NCBI GenBank assembly: GCA_004431415.1
Contig: QPMI01000399.1
Coordinates: 150,306-214,305, forward strand
Direction: 5' to 3'
From: Cyanophora paradoxa CCMP329
Lineage: Eukaryota > Plantae > Glaucophyta
Length of the DNA stretch: 64,000 nt
Positions 39,631-50,417 of the stretch are shown here, in pieces. The position numbers and the translations under genes are program-made. The notes under the pieces are model-generated. The model made no database searches. It had not been told where the DNA came from and was given only the letters and a program-made list of their open reading frames with translations. Each line of letters begins with the position of its first letter. Position 1 is the first letter of the stretch.

Positions 39631-39894
39631 GAAGAAGAAGAAGAGTATGTATAAGACACGCCCAAGCCGGTTGTGCGGTTTTGACGAAAGGCGAAGGACC
39701 CGAAGGCCCGAAGCACAATCGACAGTGAACCAACCAGACAAGGGTAGTGGCGGCGCAAACGCCTTACGGTCTACCATGTATGCCCCGGCGGTCCGGCGCT
39801 CATACACGCAGACACGGAAAGCAACCACAGACATCCCAATGCGGGCCTCTTCCTAATGCCGGCCTGGGGGAGTCCTGGTCACGACCTCACGTGT
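39631..39894 (-). mobile_element. 5'-truncated LINE 3' UTR copy (C1 type) abutting the tail of C2
   Basis: Nearly identical to 15030-15293. Confidence 0.9.
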
Positions 39895-40191
39895 GAAGAA
39901 GAAGAAGAGTATGTATAAGACACGCCCAAGCCAGCTGTACGGTTTTGACGAAAGGCGAAGGACCCGAAGGCCCAAGGCACAATCGACAGTGAACCAGCCA
40001 GACAAGGGTAGTGGCGGCGCAGACTATACAGTTCACCATGTATGCCCCGGCGGTCCGGCGCTCATACACGCAAACCTGGAAAGCAATCGGCGAAATCCAA
40101 TGCGGGCCTCTTCCTAATGGCGTGGGCACGCCTGCTCCTGGGCATCCAGCCACTCGCCTTGGCGGATGCTCCGTCGGCCAGTATTTCCGTT

Positions 40192-43100
40192 ATGGACCCG
40201 TTTGCGGGGGTCTCTGCAGACTCTGCCTCATCGGCTTCCGGCCCACGTCGCGGTCCTGCTGCTCCTCGCTTTCAGCTTCCCTCTGATGCCCCCGTCACTG
40301 GCGGCTGGCCGGTTTACATCACTTCCCCTGTCCCTCGGAAATATGGCACTTTTGCAGTCTGTCCTTTGGGCCGTGAGGCTCTTGTCGCCGCTCTCTCTCA
40401 GTTTACCTCCAGTGCAGCCCTTGATGTCGAGCTCATGTACTCTTTCACCCCTGTGTGGGGCGAGACTGCTGATGTCCGCCGTATCAAGTCCTTTGATCGT
40501 GAAACTTTCTTCAAATCTCGCAAGGGCTCACTAGAGGCCCTCTGTCAGTTTCCTGCTTTTTCGGGCTCTTCTGTTACCGCTGAACAGTCGTTGTCCCAGT
40601 CTGAGCCATCTTGGATTCACCCCACGACTCAGGAAGCTTTTCCAACCAATCCTCGCCAATGTGATGTTTATCGCTTCCGCCTCCATCCAGCACTTCAGCT
40701 TGGTGCAATCAATGCTCTTCTCGCCCAGCGCCGCACCATGAATACTTTTTTTGGTTTTCTCCCTGAAACTCATGTAGTTTCTCGGAATGTCCGGCAAGCC
40801 CATAAAGACGCCACTATCCAAGCACTTGATAATTTACCAGCAGCTATTATATCCACTTCGTTTGCTCCTTCCTCCAAAGGATCTTGTCACTTCTTTTGGT
40901 ATGAATTTGGCTATCAGCCTCCTACCTCTGCCATGTCTGAGGCAGATAGCTCTTTGAACCATGTCGGCTTATATTCGCACGACGACTTTATCACTGAAAT
41001 TCTTAGCTTCCAGCATGCTCTTCAGGAGCCGGAATCTATCCTCCTGTCCACTTCTGCGGCGTCGGCTCCCCGCTGGCACATCGATAAGACTCGGACTATC
41101 TCTCTTTCTGATACTCCCATTGACTTCGAAGCCAGCCCTGATGTTTGCCTTGTAGCGTTCCACCAGCCTATCAAGACCTTCCAGCACGTTGTGTCTGCTT
41201 CTCCAGGCAGCCGCAGTTTTTCTGTCTTTTGTCGGCCTAACTTCGAATCCTGGGACTCTGTCTCCCCGAATCATCCTTTCAGCTGCCGCTTTAGTCTCCT
41301 TGTTCGTGTCCCTTCTACTCATCCCATTCATAAGGCAGCTATGAAGCAGTATTCTCCTCTTAAGAAGGATGACGGCTCTTCTGCTCGGCTAGTCTCTCTT
41401 GGTCTTGTGGGCACATCCGGTGGCATCAGTCGCTTCCATTTCAATAGCTTCAAACCGGAATTCTCTGCTCTCCAGTATTACATGTCTTTGGCTTCTACTC
41501 AGAAATGGTCTAGCCTCTCCGCTTTTTCCGCTCATTCTGAGGCAGATTGCCCTGTTCCGGCTGCCCAGGAATGCACAGACCTTAATCCTCCCTTTGATAC
41601 TCCTTACTACAGTCTTCGGGCAGCTGGTGATAAGTGTGTCTTGTACCACTTTCATCGAGATCCTGTTTTCTATTTCTTGAGCTCTACTACTCGTGAGGAG
41701 ATCATTCGTTTCCATTCCATTCAGCGTGCTTTTGCCACTGCTCAGCAGATTACTCGTGAGTCCGCAGCAGTGTTGCGAAGCGTAGTTTCCCTTCCCTTTC
41801 GCCATAGCGAATGTACCATGTACGCTAGTGATACCCCGTCCCTCGTGTAGGGGTATGTCATTCAATCATACGCGGATATTACGCGTGTGTGCACGTGCGT
41901 CCCGGCACGGCACTGCGCCGTGTGCGGAAGTGGCTTAGAACCCATCGTATAGCTTCTAACAGCTTCTTATCAGCGGGGCTGCCACCCCAGGCCGGCATTA
42001 GGAAGAGGCCCGCATTGGGATTTCGCCGATTGTTTTCCAGGTTTGCGTGTATGAGCGCCGGACCGCCGGGGCATACATGGTGAACTGTATAGGCGCCCGT
42101 CTGCGCCGCCACTACCCTTGTCTGGTTGGTTCACTGTCGATTGTGCTTCGGGCCTTCGGGTCCTTCGCCTTTCGTCAAAACCGCACAACCGGCTTGGGCG
42201 TGTCTTATACATACTCTTCTTCTTCTGCCGCCGGAAGCCATTGTATTTCGTGGCAGCGGTGGAATGTTCGACGCAAAGTGTTCGACACAGCGGTCTCACA
42301 GCGTCTGCGCATCGTTCTTCTGATTGCGTATACGCTAACGGTGCGTTCTGCAGCGATTTGCGCACTGCGACCTTTCATTGTTGATTCCGCCATTTTGCGG
42401 AGAACATAAGCTTGTTGCATCGCGATTCACTCATGGATCTCATTTTCGAAGCTGTGTGCGCTCTTGGCCGGCTGGCCGAGGTCGTTTGCTTGTGATACCT
42501 CCGTTTTCCGTGGAATCCCGCGAGTTTCCGGAGTTGTCTCTTTTCTCTCCTTTTGGAATCTCGCTTTATCTCTTCTTCTTTCTTTTGGAACGATCTGAAA
42601 TGTTTTCTTGAACACTGGCCTCGTCAAGCAACACTATTCGAGCAGTGTACCGTCGTAGGCTTGGGCCCTTCGTTAGGTCCTTAGTTAACGACTGTATTAA
42701 TAAAGCTATCCTGCTCTCCGCACAGGCAGGAAGGCTGGCTGACGAGGACAACGTTTCTGTGGACATTGACCAAGAGGACATCATGGCTGCCCAGCCTAGG
42801 GTGGACTTGATTAAGCCGCTCCTGCGCAACCTTCTTCTTCCCAAATTTGAGTATTCTGCTCCTTCTAGATTCCTTAAGAATGTTCGCGATGTGCTGAAGG
42901 CGATCTATGTCCTTCCCGCTGTGGACACCACTCCATACTCCACGTGGACGGCTCAGGCAAAGGTTGATTTTGACTATGCTTGGCCGCATGTGCAGTTAAA
43001 ACTCCAGTCTGTTTTCAATGAGGCAGCTGGGGCCCATGACTTTTCTCGAGTGGTCCTTGAATGTGACAATTGGACGACTTTTCTTAAGAAGTTCGAGGAT

Positions 43101-46100
43101 CACTTTATGCATTCGGATGTCCAGACGGATTCTGCTCGCAATTTCTGGTCCTACACATACCAGAGTGCTTGTCTCCAGGCTGGTACTCAAGTCAATTTTG
43201 AGGACTTTGCTGTGGAGAAGATGAAGCGAGCGGAGGAAGCTGGCATTCTCGAGAAAGTTGTGGTGAAACAAATTTGGAGTGATGATCTGAAGTTGGGTGA
43301 GCTGCCTGCTGAATTGGACGACAACAAACTTCGCTTTTTGCGTCGGCTGCGCAGTCTTTGGACCGACCGCACTTCATCTTTTTCTTCGGTTTCTCCTTTT
43401 GGAATCGGTTCTCTTCCTTTTGGATCGCCGAAAAATGTTTCTGGATTGAACGCTCTCACTTCGGAGCGTATTGAGTCTCTGATTGATGAGCGAGTCGAAT
43501 CGAAGCTTAAACAGTTCTCTTTGAAGGTGGATGATAAGCTCGATTCACTTCGTGACGAAACTCGTCGCCAATTGAGCGAGATTCGGCACGAAGCTCGCCA
43601 GCAGTTTGATGAGTTGCGCGATGACTCTCGTCGCACTTCTTCGATTATTTTGGATCGCATGGATCAGTTGTCTCGCCAGTTGCAGTATCGCCCTCGCGGT
43701 GATAGCTGGCGTGACCAGCCTCGTGGATCTTATAATTTTGATCGCAATCGTTCGAATGACAAATTTGTTAATTCTGGAAATGATTCTCGCAATTTTGGAA
43801 ATTCTTCTGGTGGTTATCGCGGTCGCTCGGCTGAGCGCCGTGGGTCGTCAGCTGACCCTAAGGGTCGGGGCGGTTCGCAGCCCCGCCCGGCGGGAAAAGC
43901 CTAACCCAGCCTGTTGTTGCCCGCCAGGCTGGGGCGGCCAAGAAACCAGCCATTTTCGGCGCAGCGAATGGACTGCGATCGTTGTTGCCTTTGATTACTC
44001 TCAACGAGTTCTTGAAGCGGCAGTCGTTGTCGGTCGCTCGCGCTTTCCCTTTCCCTTCCTTGGATGCTTCTCAATCTTCTTCTCCTATTTCTTCTTCTGG
44101 TCCCGATGTTACCCTTCAAGAGAATGATCCCATTATCCATGAGGTTGCTTCAGTGGAAATTCGCCCAGACATTCGTCCTGGCTATGGTCAAGCGCATTCG
44201 CGTGGAATTAATAATGCTTTGGATGATTCGAAAAGTGCTAGTAGAGTAGTGGTAGTTAGTGGAAATCGTGGAAAATTGGAACAGAAGTCCCTTTCGAATT
44301 TCTTTTCTGATGAGCTGCGATGGAAACGAGATGCCCCTGCTAAAAAGCATTTTATATCATCTGCAATCAATTCGAAGCCGGTTTCCCTGAAGTTGTCTTT
44401 TGATGATAATGGCCGAGCCTCAATTGAAATTTGTTCTCTGGACTCCCAGAGCCCTCCTGCTGAGCCTGCATTCGCAGGGCCGCGTCGCTTCATGACCTCA
44501 GCTCCGGGGAGGTCAACTCTGGACGTTTTCATTCAGGGCAAACATCACAAATTCCTTCTCGACAGCGGGGCAGATGTCTCTTTCATTCTTTCTTCTACTA
44601 TCTCTTCTCTTGGACTTCAAAATAAGGTGTTTAGAACTATTCACACTCCTTCTGTCAAGCTCCCGAATTCTGCATTGGTGGCTGTTCCTGGTGAGGTTCA
44701 TGTGGCTGCTACTATTGGGCCCCTCACCCGGAGTTTTCCTTTTCTTGTGGTTGATTTCCCGGGATACGCATTCGATGGCATTTTAGGCCAAGATTTCTTT
44801 TCTGATAATGCAGTCACCTATTGCAATAAGGACGCTGACAACCGATTTGTGGTCTTCGCCAAGCACCCAGACAAGCCAGTTAAGTGTGATATTCTCTCTT
44901 TCTTACCTGGCACCTCTACGCAGCCGAGTTCTCTGTCGCCGGAGACACCGGAATCTGACCCCTCGGACGACTCCAGCACTCGCAGAGTGTCCAAGGAACA
45001 TGGTCATATTCTGGAGGTTGCAAGGGAGGTTAAAATTGAACCTGGTGTGCAACGGAAGGTTGAACTGCAAGTCGGAGGCAACCGCTATTTGCCGGATTGT
45101 GAAGGTTTTCTTGTCAACTTCTACAAATGGGACGACAATCAGGAAATCCGTGTGGCAAACGGACTTGCTGCGTGTCGTGGAGGCAAAGTATATGCTTTAG
45201 TTTCGAATTTGAGCAATCGTTTTTCAGAACGACCAGTTGTTTTGAAGAAGGGCCGTGCAATCGCACGATTTGTCCCTGAGAAAAATCTCGAAGCTGAAGT
45301 ATTTGACTTGGCTCTCAATTTGAGTTATGATCAAGATGGGAACGGCAAGTATGTGAAGGTCGACCGGCCTGGCGAGGCCTCGACACCTTCGGTACCAACA
45401 TACTCTGCTCAGTACACTTGCGCCGACTCATTGCAAGTCAACTCTGCCGATGCCAAAATTGTTGGCAATTCTTCTGTGGAAATCGCGCCTCCAAAGTGTT
45501 TACCGGAGTCCGAGAATGCTTTTAAAAATGTTTCTGATAGAGTAGGTCTTCCCGAGTGTTCATATCCATATGAGGAGAAGTTAGGTAGTTTTTCGCATTT
45601 GAACGCTGTTCCGATCGATCAAGCTTCGACTATTATTTTTGATGAACTGCGGCAACGGTATGGCGCCGACATTATTGATGCTCTCCGAGCCGTCGATATC
45701 GGCAGTCGGGATGATACGCCTGCGGAGCGCGCTGTCATGGCTGACTTCCTTGCACAGAACTGGGACTTGGCCAAGGCTGCGCTTCCTCCGTACGACCCAA
45801 GTGCGCCTCATCCCCCGATCAAGCACTCGATCAAGACTGGGGATGCGCGCCCCATCGCGGAGCCCCCTCGGAGGCACTCGCAGACTGAACGAGAATTAAT
45901 TATCGATGAGACCAAAAAGTTGCTTTCTCGCAATCTTATTCGTCCCTCTCGCTCACCTTGGGCCGCTCCTGTGGTCCTTGTGCGCAAGAAGGATGGATCT
46001 CTTCGATTTTGCATTGATTATCGCAAATTGAATTCAGTTACTGCGGACGACGCTTATCCTTTGCCTAGAATTGATGATGCTCTCGAAGCTTTGACTGGAG

Positions 46101-48935
46101 CAATTTATATTACTGGTATGGATGCGCCTGATGGCTACTGGGGTGTTGAAATGGAGGAGGAGGACAAGGAGAAGACTGCTTTTCGGTCTCCCCTTGGACT
46201 TTTTGAGTGGAATGTTATGCCCCAAGGCCTGAAGACGGCCCCTGCCACTTTTCAAATGATGATGAACAGCGTTCTTGGCACTTATTTATATGTATTCATT
46301 TTGGTATATTTGGATGATATCTGTGTATTTTCGAAATCCTTGAAGCAGCACCTTGCTGATCTTCAATGGGTGTTTGATGCTATGAGACGGGCAAACATCT
46401 TCTTTAAGCCCAAGAAATCGAAATTCTTCAAGGCTGAATTGGAGTATCTTGGATTTGTAGTTACTAGACAGGGCATCAAGCCCTCTGCCACAAAGGTGGA
46501 GGCTGTTCGCAAGTTTGCGACCCCCAAATCTGTATCAGAAGTTAGGACTTTTCTTGGCATGACTGGATATTATAGAATCTTTGTACCTTTATATGCAGTT
46601 CTTGCGGCGCCACTCTATGATCTTTGCGCCAAGAGTTCACATTTTCATTGGACTGCTCGAGAGGATCTGGCTTTTCGGAAATTGAAAGAGTTGCTTTGTT
46701 CTGCTCCCATCCTTTCGCTCCCTAATTTCTCTAAGTCTTTCATTCTCAAAACTGATGCTTCTAAGACCGGAGTTGGTGCGGTCCTTTCTCAATTGGATGA
46801 ATTTGGGAATGAAAAAGTTGTTTCCTTTGCTTCTCACAAATTCTCATCTCCTGAGAAGAAGTGGAATCGGGAAGTTGTTATTGAATATGCAGCCGAGTCC
46901 CTTTCTGATGAGCAGCAGAAGTGGACAGTCACGGAGCAGGAGTTGTATGCAATTTGGTGGGCTGTCACCAAGAAGTTCCCTCAGTATCTCCGTGGCAAGA
47001 AGTTCATTATCAAGTCTGATCACTCGGCTCTTCAATATTTGAAATCGGCTAAGAAGTTGCCCAGTGCTCGCATCACTCGCTGGATTATGGATATGCAGGA
47101 GTTTGATTTCGAGATCCAGCATAAGCCGGGCAAGTCTAATGCTGATGCGGATGCTCTTTCTCGCCTGGTGCGAGTAGCAGTTCTTTCCTTGGAAGCGATG
47201 GAGTTTTCTTCTAATTTTTCGAGCGCTTTCTTGGATGCAATTGAGTTGCAGTTGAGTTTGCCCCCGGCTCGAATTCGGGATGAGCAAATAAATGATGTTA
47301 TTTTGGCGGATATGATTAAGTATTTAGAATCAGATATTACTATTGAACCGCAAGGTGTCAACAAGGAGGCCGAACGCCAACTCAAGAGCGGCAAGTTTTC
47401 TGTGCAAGATGGCGTTCTCGTCCACACTCGGCCTTCGGACAAACTTGTGCGTATTTGCGTACCAGATCATCTTAAATCAACTATTCTGTCATCGGTGCAC
47501 CGCACGCTCGGACATCCTGGAGTCGGCAAAATGTACAATCATCTCAAGCGGCGGTACTATTGGCGGAGTATGTTTTCTGATGTCGCTACATTTGTTTCGA
47601 CATGCGCCGATTGCCAGCGTGTCAAGAATTCCAAGACTGTACAAGCGGTTCCTCAATTTGAGATTCATGCTGACCGGCCGATGCAGCACTTGGAAATTGA
47701 CATCGTCGGGCCTTTTCCGAAGTCGAAGCAAGGCAACAAATATCTGATTACTATTATCGATGTTTTTACGCGTTGGTGCCATGCGGTGCCCGCGCGAACG
47801 AAGTCGGCTATGTCCGTCATTCGGGCATTGTTCGACCACTGGATACCCCTTTATGGAGTCCCCGCCAAGATTTCGTCGGATCAGGGCGGCGAATTCAAGA
47901 ATTTGCTTCTTAATGAACTGGAGCGTCTTTTTGGAATAAAGGCGGTCTTTTCTTCATCTTATCATCCGCAGTCACAAGGAGCTGTGGAAAAATTGAATGA
48001 CACTTTGGTCACTCGCCTACGGTTTTATATTGACAAAAATGCTTCAACATGGGATCTCTCTCTTCCATTTGCGCTCTTCGCAGTGCGCAATTTCATTAAT
48101 CCTACAACGGGCTACACTCCTTTCGAAATGTTGTACGGGAGGCCTTGTACTCTTCCTGCGGACTTGCTGGCTACTCCTGAAGTTCAAGTGACAACTTCTG
48201 AGCCTACTGGTTACCCAGCCGTGTTGGCTCGGCGGTTCTCTCGCATTTATACCGATATTCAGCAAGCTAAGGAGGAATATCTTGCCAAGCAGCAGCAGCG
48301 GCCTTCTCAACCAGTTTTCATTCCTGGAGAAGTTGTTGCTGTGAAGACCCCTTCCACTCGGCGGTCTGACAAGCTCTCCCACCGTTTCACTGGACCTTGG
48401 ACGGTGCTTAAAGATGTTTCTCATGGCAAGGGAGTTACTTTCTTGCTGGAGTATTCTGGTCCTAAGGAGCGTGGTTCTCCTGCTGAGGGCTCGCGTCAAA
48501 TGGTTCATGCCTCTCGGCTCAAGCCTTGGAGGGACCCTGATTGATCTCTTTCTTTTCTTTTCCTTCCTTGGCCTTGGCCAGCGCGGACGTGGCCTTTTTC
48601 TTACTTGGAGGAGAGTTGTTGCGAAGCGTAGTTTCCCTTCCCTTTCGCCATAGCGAATGTACCATGTACGCTAGTGATACCCCGTCCCTCGTGTAGGGGT
48701 ATGTCATTCAATCATACGCGGATATTACGCGTGTGTGCACGTGCGTCCCGGCACGGCACTGCGCCGTGTGCGGAAGTGGCTTAGAACCCATCGTATAGCT
48801 TCTAACAGCTTCTTATCAGCAGCACAGGCTCAGGCCCAGTCTTCTGATGCTCCTGCTAGCAAGCGTACTCGTCTTTCTGATCCTGAGTCTAACAACTCTT
48901 CTGTTGGTATGGCAGATGCTGCTTTTAATGAGTAA
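40192..48935 (+). CDS. Unknown 563-aa protein of retroposon A, interrupted by Gypsy (join 40192-41770, 48823-48935)
   Basis: Removing the Gypsy and one GCAG restores the frame ..RESAAAQAQAQSSDAPASKRTRLSDPE..AAFNE*. Homologous to the B protein. Confidence 0.8.
41771..41972 (+). repeat. 5' LTR
   Basis: TGTTGCG...CTTATCA, identical by eye to 48617-48818. Confidence 0.97.
41984..42224 (+). mobile_element. 241-bp LINE 3' UTR copy inserted in the Gypsy primer-binding region
   Basis: TSD CTGCC (41979-41983 / 42225-42229) and (CTT)n tail. Confidence 0.9.
42645..43904 (+). CDS. gag: Gag-like protein
   Basis: Position in the element, WTTFLKKFEDHF capsid-like motif, coiled coil and R/G/N-rich tail. 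No CCHC knuckle seen. Confidence 0.8.
   Translation: MYRRRLGPFVRSLVNDCINKAILLSAQAGRLADEDNVSVDIDQEDIMAAQPRVDLIKPLLRNLLLPKFEYSAPSRFLKNVRDVLKAIYVLPAVDTTPYSTWTAQAKVDFDYAWPHVQLKLQSVFNEAAGAHDFSRVVLECDNWTTFLKKFEDHFMHSDVQTDSARNFWSYTYQSACLQAGTQVNFEDFAVEKMKRAEEAGILEKVVVKQIWSDDLKLGELPAELDDNKLRFLRRLRSLWTDRTSSFSSVSPFGIGSLPFGSPKNVSGLNALTSERIESLIDERVESKLKQFSLKVDDKLDSLRDETRRQLSEIRHEARQQFDELRDDSRRTSSIILDRMDQLSRQLQYRPRGDSWRDQPRGSYNFDRNRSNDKFVNSGNDSRNFGNSSGGYRGRSAERRGSSADPKGRGGSQPRPAGKA
43892..43941 (+). promoter_or_regulatory. -1 programmed ribosomal frameshift signal
   Basis: G_GGA_AAA heptamer in gag frame, 6-nt spacer, perfect 9-bp stem CCCAGCCTG/CAGGCTGGG. The -1 frame is open into pol. Confidence 0.85.
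43892..48544 (+). CDS. pol: Pol polyprotein (protease, dUTPase-like spacer, RT, RNase H, integrase)
   Basis: LLDSGA, RFCIDYRKLN, MPQGL, YLDD, TDAS, HHCC, DDE core (IDIVGP..SDQG..VEKLN), terminal GPW..HASRLK. No chromodomain. Confidence 0.97.
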   Translation, partial: GKSLTQPVVARQAGAAKKPAIFGAANGLRSLLPLITLNEFLKRQSLSVARAFPFPSLDASQSSSPISSSGPDVTLQENDPIIHEVASVEIRPDIRPGYGQAHSRGINNALDDSKSASRVVVVSGNRGKLEQKSLSNFFSDELRWKRDAPAKKHFISSAINSKPVSLKLSFDDNGRASIEICSLDSQSPPAEPAFAGPRRFMTSAPGRSTLDVFIQGKHHKFLLDSGADVSFILSSTISSLGLQNKVFRTIHTPSVKLPNSALVAVPGEVHVAATIGPLTRSFPFLVVDFPGYAFDGILGQDFFSDNAVTYCNKDADNRFVVFAKHPDKPVKCDILSFLPGTSTQPSSLSPETPESDPSDDSSTRRVSKEHGHILEVAREVKIEPGVQRKVELQVGGNRYLPDCEGFLVNFYKWDDNQEIRVANGLAACRGGKVYALVSNLSNRFSERPVVLKKGRAIARFVPEKNLEAEVFDLALNLSYDQDGNGKYVKVDRPGEASTPSVPTYSAQYTCADSLQVNSADAKIVGNSSVEIAPPKCLPESENAFKNVSDRVGLPECSYPYEEKLGSFSHLNAVPIDQASTIIFDELRQRYGADIIDALRAVDIGSRDDTPAERAVMADFLAQNWDLAKAALPPYDPSAPHPPIKHSIKTGDARPIAEPPRRHSQTERELIIDETKKLLSRNLIRPSRSPWAAPVVLVRKKDGSLRFCIDYRKLNSVTADDAYPLPRIDDALEALTGAIYITGMDAPDGYWGVEMEEEDKEKTAFRSPLGLFEWNVMPQGLKTAPATFQMMMNSVLGTYLYVFILVYLDDICVFSKSLKQHLADLQWVFDAMRRANIFFKPKKSKFFKAELEYLGFVVTRQGIKPSATKVEAVRKFATPKSVSEVRTFLGMTGYYRIFVPLYAVLAAPLYDLCAKSSHFHWTAREDLAFRKLKELLCSAPILSLPNFSKSFILKTDASKTGVGAVLSQLDEFGNEKVVSFASHKFSSPEKKWNREVVIEYAAESLSDEQQKWTVTEQELYAIWWAVTKKFPQYLRGKKFIIKSDHSALQYLKSAKKLPSARITRWIMDMQEFDFEIQHKPGKSNADADALSRLVRVAVLSLEAMEFSSNFSSAFLDAIELQLSLPPARIRDEQINDVILADMIKYLESDITIEPQGVNKEAERQLKSGKFSVQDGVLVHTRPSDKLVRICVPDHLKSTILSSVHRTLGHPGVGKMYNHLKRRYYWRSMFSDVATFVSTCADCQRVKNSKTVQAVPQFEIHADRPMQHLEIDIVGPFPKSKQGNKYLITIIDVFTRWCHAVPARTKSAMSVIRALFDHWIPLYGVPAKISSDQGGEFKNLLLNELERLFGIKAVFSSSYHPQSQGAVEKLNDTLVTRLRFYIDKNASTWDLSLPFALFAVRNFINPTTGYTPFEMLYGRPCTLPADLLATPEVQVTTSEPTGYPAVLARRFSRIYTDIQQAKEEYLAKQQQRPSQPVFIPGEVVAVKTPSTRRSDKLSHRFTGPWTVLKDVSHGKGVTFLLEYSGPKERGSPAEGSRQMVHASRLKPWRDPD
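48617..48818 (+). repeat. 3' LTR
   Basis: Identical to the 5' LTR. Confidence 0.97.
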
Positions 48936-50417
48936 TCCTGAGTACTACATGACCGTATATTTTTCTTTGTCCCTGCGGGGCCTCCTGATACCCTGGGGCC
49001 GCCCGACAGGGAGCGGGCCGTCACGGGGATTCAGGCCCTTCCTATGTGGCGCCGTCGGGTGTCCATATAGGGTGCCCTATTTCCTTGCTGGCGCCCTGGG
49101 GGTGGTGGCCCAGGGTCCTGTATGCGGCTCCACTCACTCCCCATGCTAGTGGGTCCCTGACGGGCCTTGCACGTCCCATTCGGGGCCTCTGCGGCTTTGT
49201 CATACCCAGTCTTGCTGGCATGGATGTGTCTACTGCATTTCTCTCTCTCTCTCTGCCTCTTCCTAATGCCGGCCTGGGGTATTCCCGATCCCGTTCACAT
49301 TTGTAAGCCCGAATTGTAGTGTTAGAGAGAGAAAGATTAAAGAACCATGTCATCAGCATCATCAACACAGTCAATGAGCACCACAGGAGAACCAGAATCA
49401 TCACTGAAGACCGGAAGGTCAGCAGGAGAAGAAAGATGCGAACGTTTAACAGAAGGAAGAAAAGATGGGTCACTGGATCCGTCCGTGAAACCATCAGAGA
49501 AGCAAGGAAGAGCAGGGGAAGAGGGTCGACGGCGCTTCAGGGTGAAACCAGGGGGCAAATCAGGGTCAGTGTCCATAGGAACAGAGGAAGAAGGAAGAGA
49601 TGATGAATGGCTCCCAACATCGAGAGCATCGTCAGTGATGTCAGCAGCAACTACAGGAGAAGACAGAGGTAATTCAGCGTCGAGTTCGGGATCAAAGAGG
49701 TCAATAATCACTTGAGGAGAGAGTGGAGGCAAACTGGTATCATCAACCGTATCATCGACAACGTTAGACGCTTGCACAGGAGGTCCCAAATCATCGACAC
49801 GACGACGGCGAAGAGGTGGCTCGTCTTCAGTGTCAAAATCCGGCGGGGGGTGAGGGGGAGTGTGCAGGGGTGATGGAGGCGGAGGAAGCATAGGGTCAAG
49901 AGCAGGAGCAGGGTCTGGTGCCTGAGGAGGGTCGTCGTCGTCCGAAGAGATGCTTGTGGAAGAGTCATCAGGAGCATCAGGGCCCAGGTCTGAAAGGTCA
50001 GAGGAGTCCGAACCATCATCAGGAGGGGACATATACCCTGCAAGATCTTCCTTTTCAAGGCGTTGCAGCAGGACAGGCCGCACACTGGCATAGGCAAACT
50101 GAGAGAGAGAGAGAGCAAGTAAAAGACACGCCCACGCCAGCAAGACTGGGTATGACAGAACCGCAGAGGCCCCTAATGGAGCTTGCAAGGCTCTGTCAGG
50201 GACCCACTAGCGTGGGTAGTGATGAGAGATGCTCTTGAGAACCTGCGAAAGACAAGCTGCACAAAGTCCCTACCCGGGCCGTAGGGTCCCCATGCAAAGA
50301 AAAAGCCCTAACTTCCTGAACTGACCTGCTCCCTAACAGGCCAGACAGGGTGTTAGGGAAGACGGGAGAGAGGGAAACCGAAGACGATCATTCAAGATTA
50401 GAAGTACAGAAAAAAAA

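Larger units (their letters stand above)
41771..48818 (+). mobile_element. Full-length Ty3/Gypsy LTR retrotransposon
   Basis: Identical 202-bp TG..CA LTRs, 4-bp TSD GCAG, polypurine tract GGAGGAGAG before the 3' LTR, gag and pol ORFs. Confidence 0.97.
40120..49254 (+). mobile_element. RT-less single-ORF retroposon A (about 2.08 kb without the nested Gypsy)
   Basis: 14-bp TSD GCCTCTTCCTAATG (40106-40119 / 49255-49268) and (CT)n tail. Confidence 0.85.

Noticed and set aside
41984-42080. HDV-like ribozyme starting GGCCGGCAT, or an independent SINE
   Set aside because: I could not build the P1/P2/P3 nested pseudoknot and saw no Pol III boxes. The unit is the 3' UTR of C1/C2.
49255-49279. Telomerase-like templated tag added after the (CT)n tail
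   Set aside because: Fully explained as the 14-bp TSD plus the remainder of the interrupted LINE UTR.
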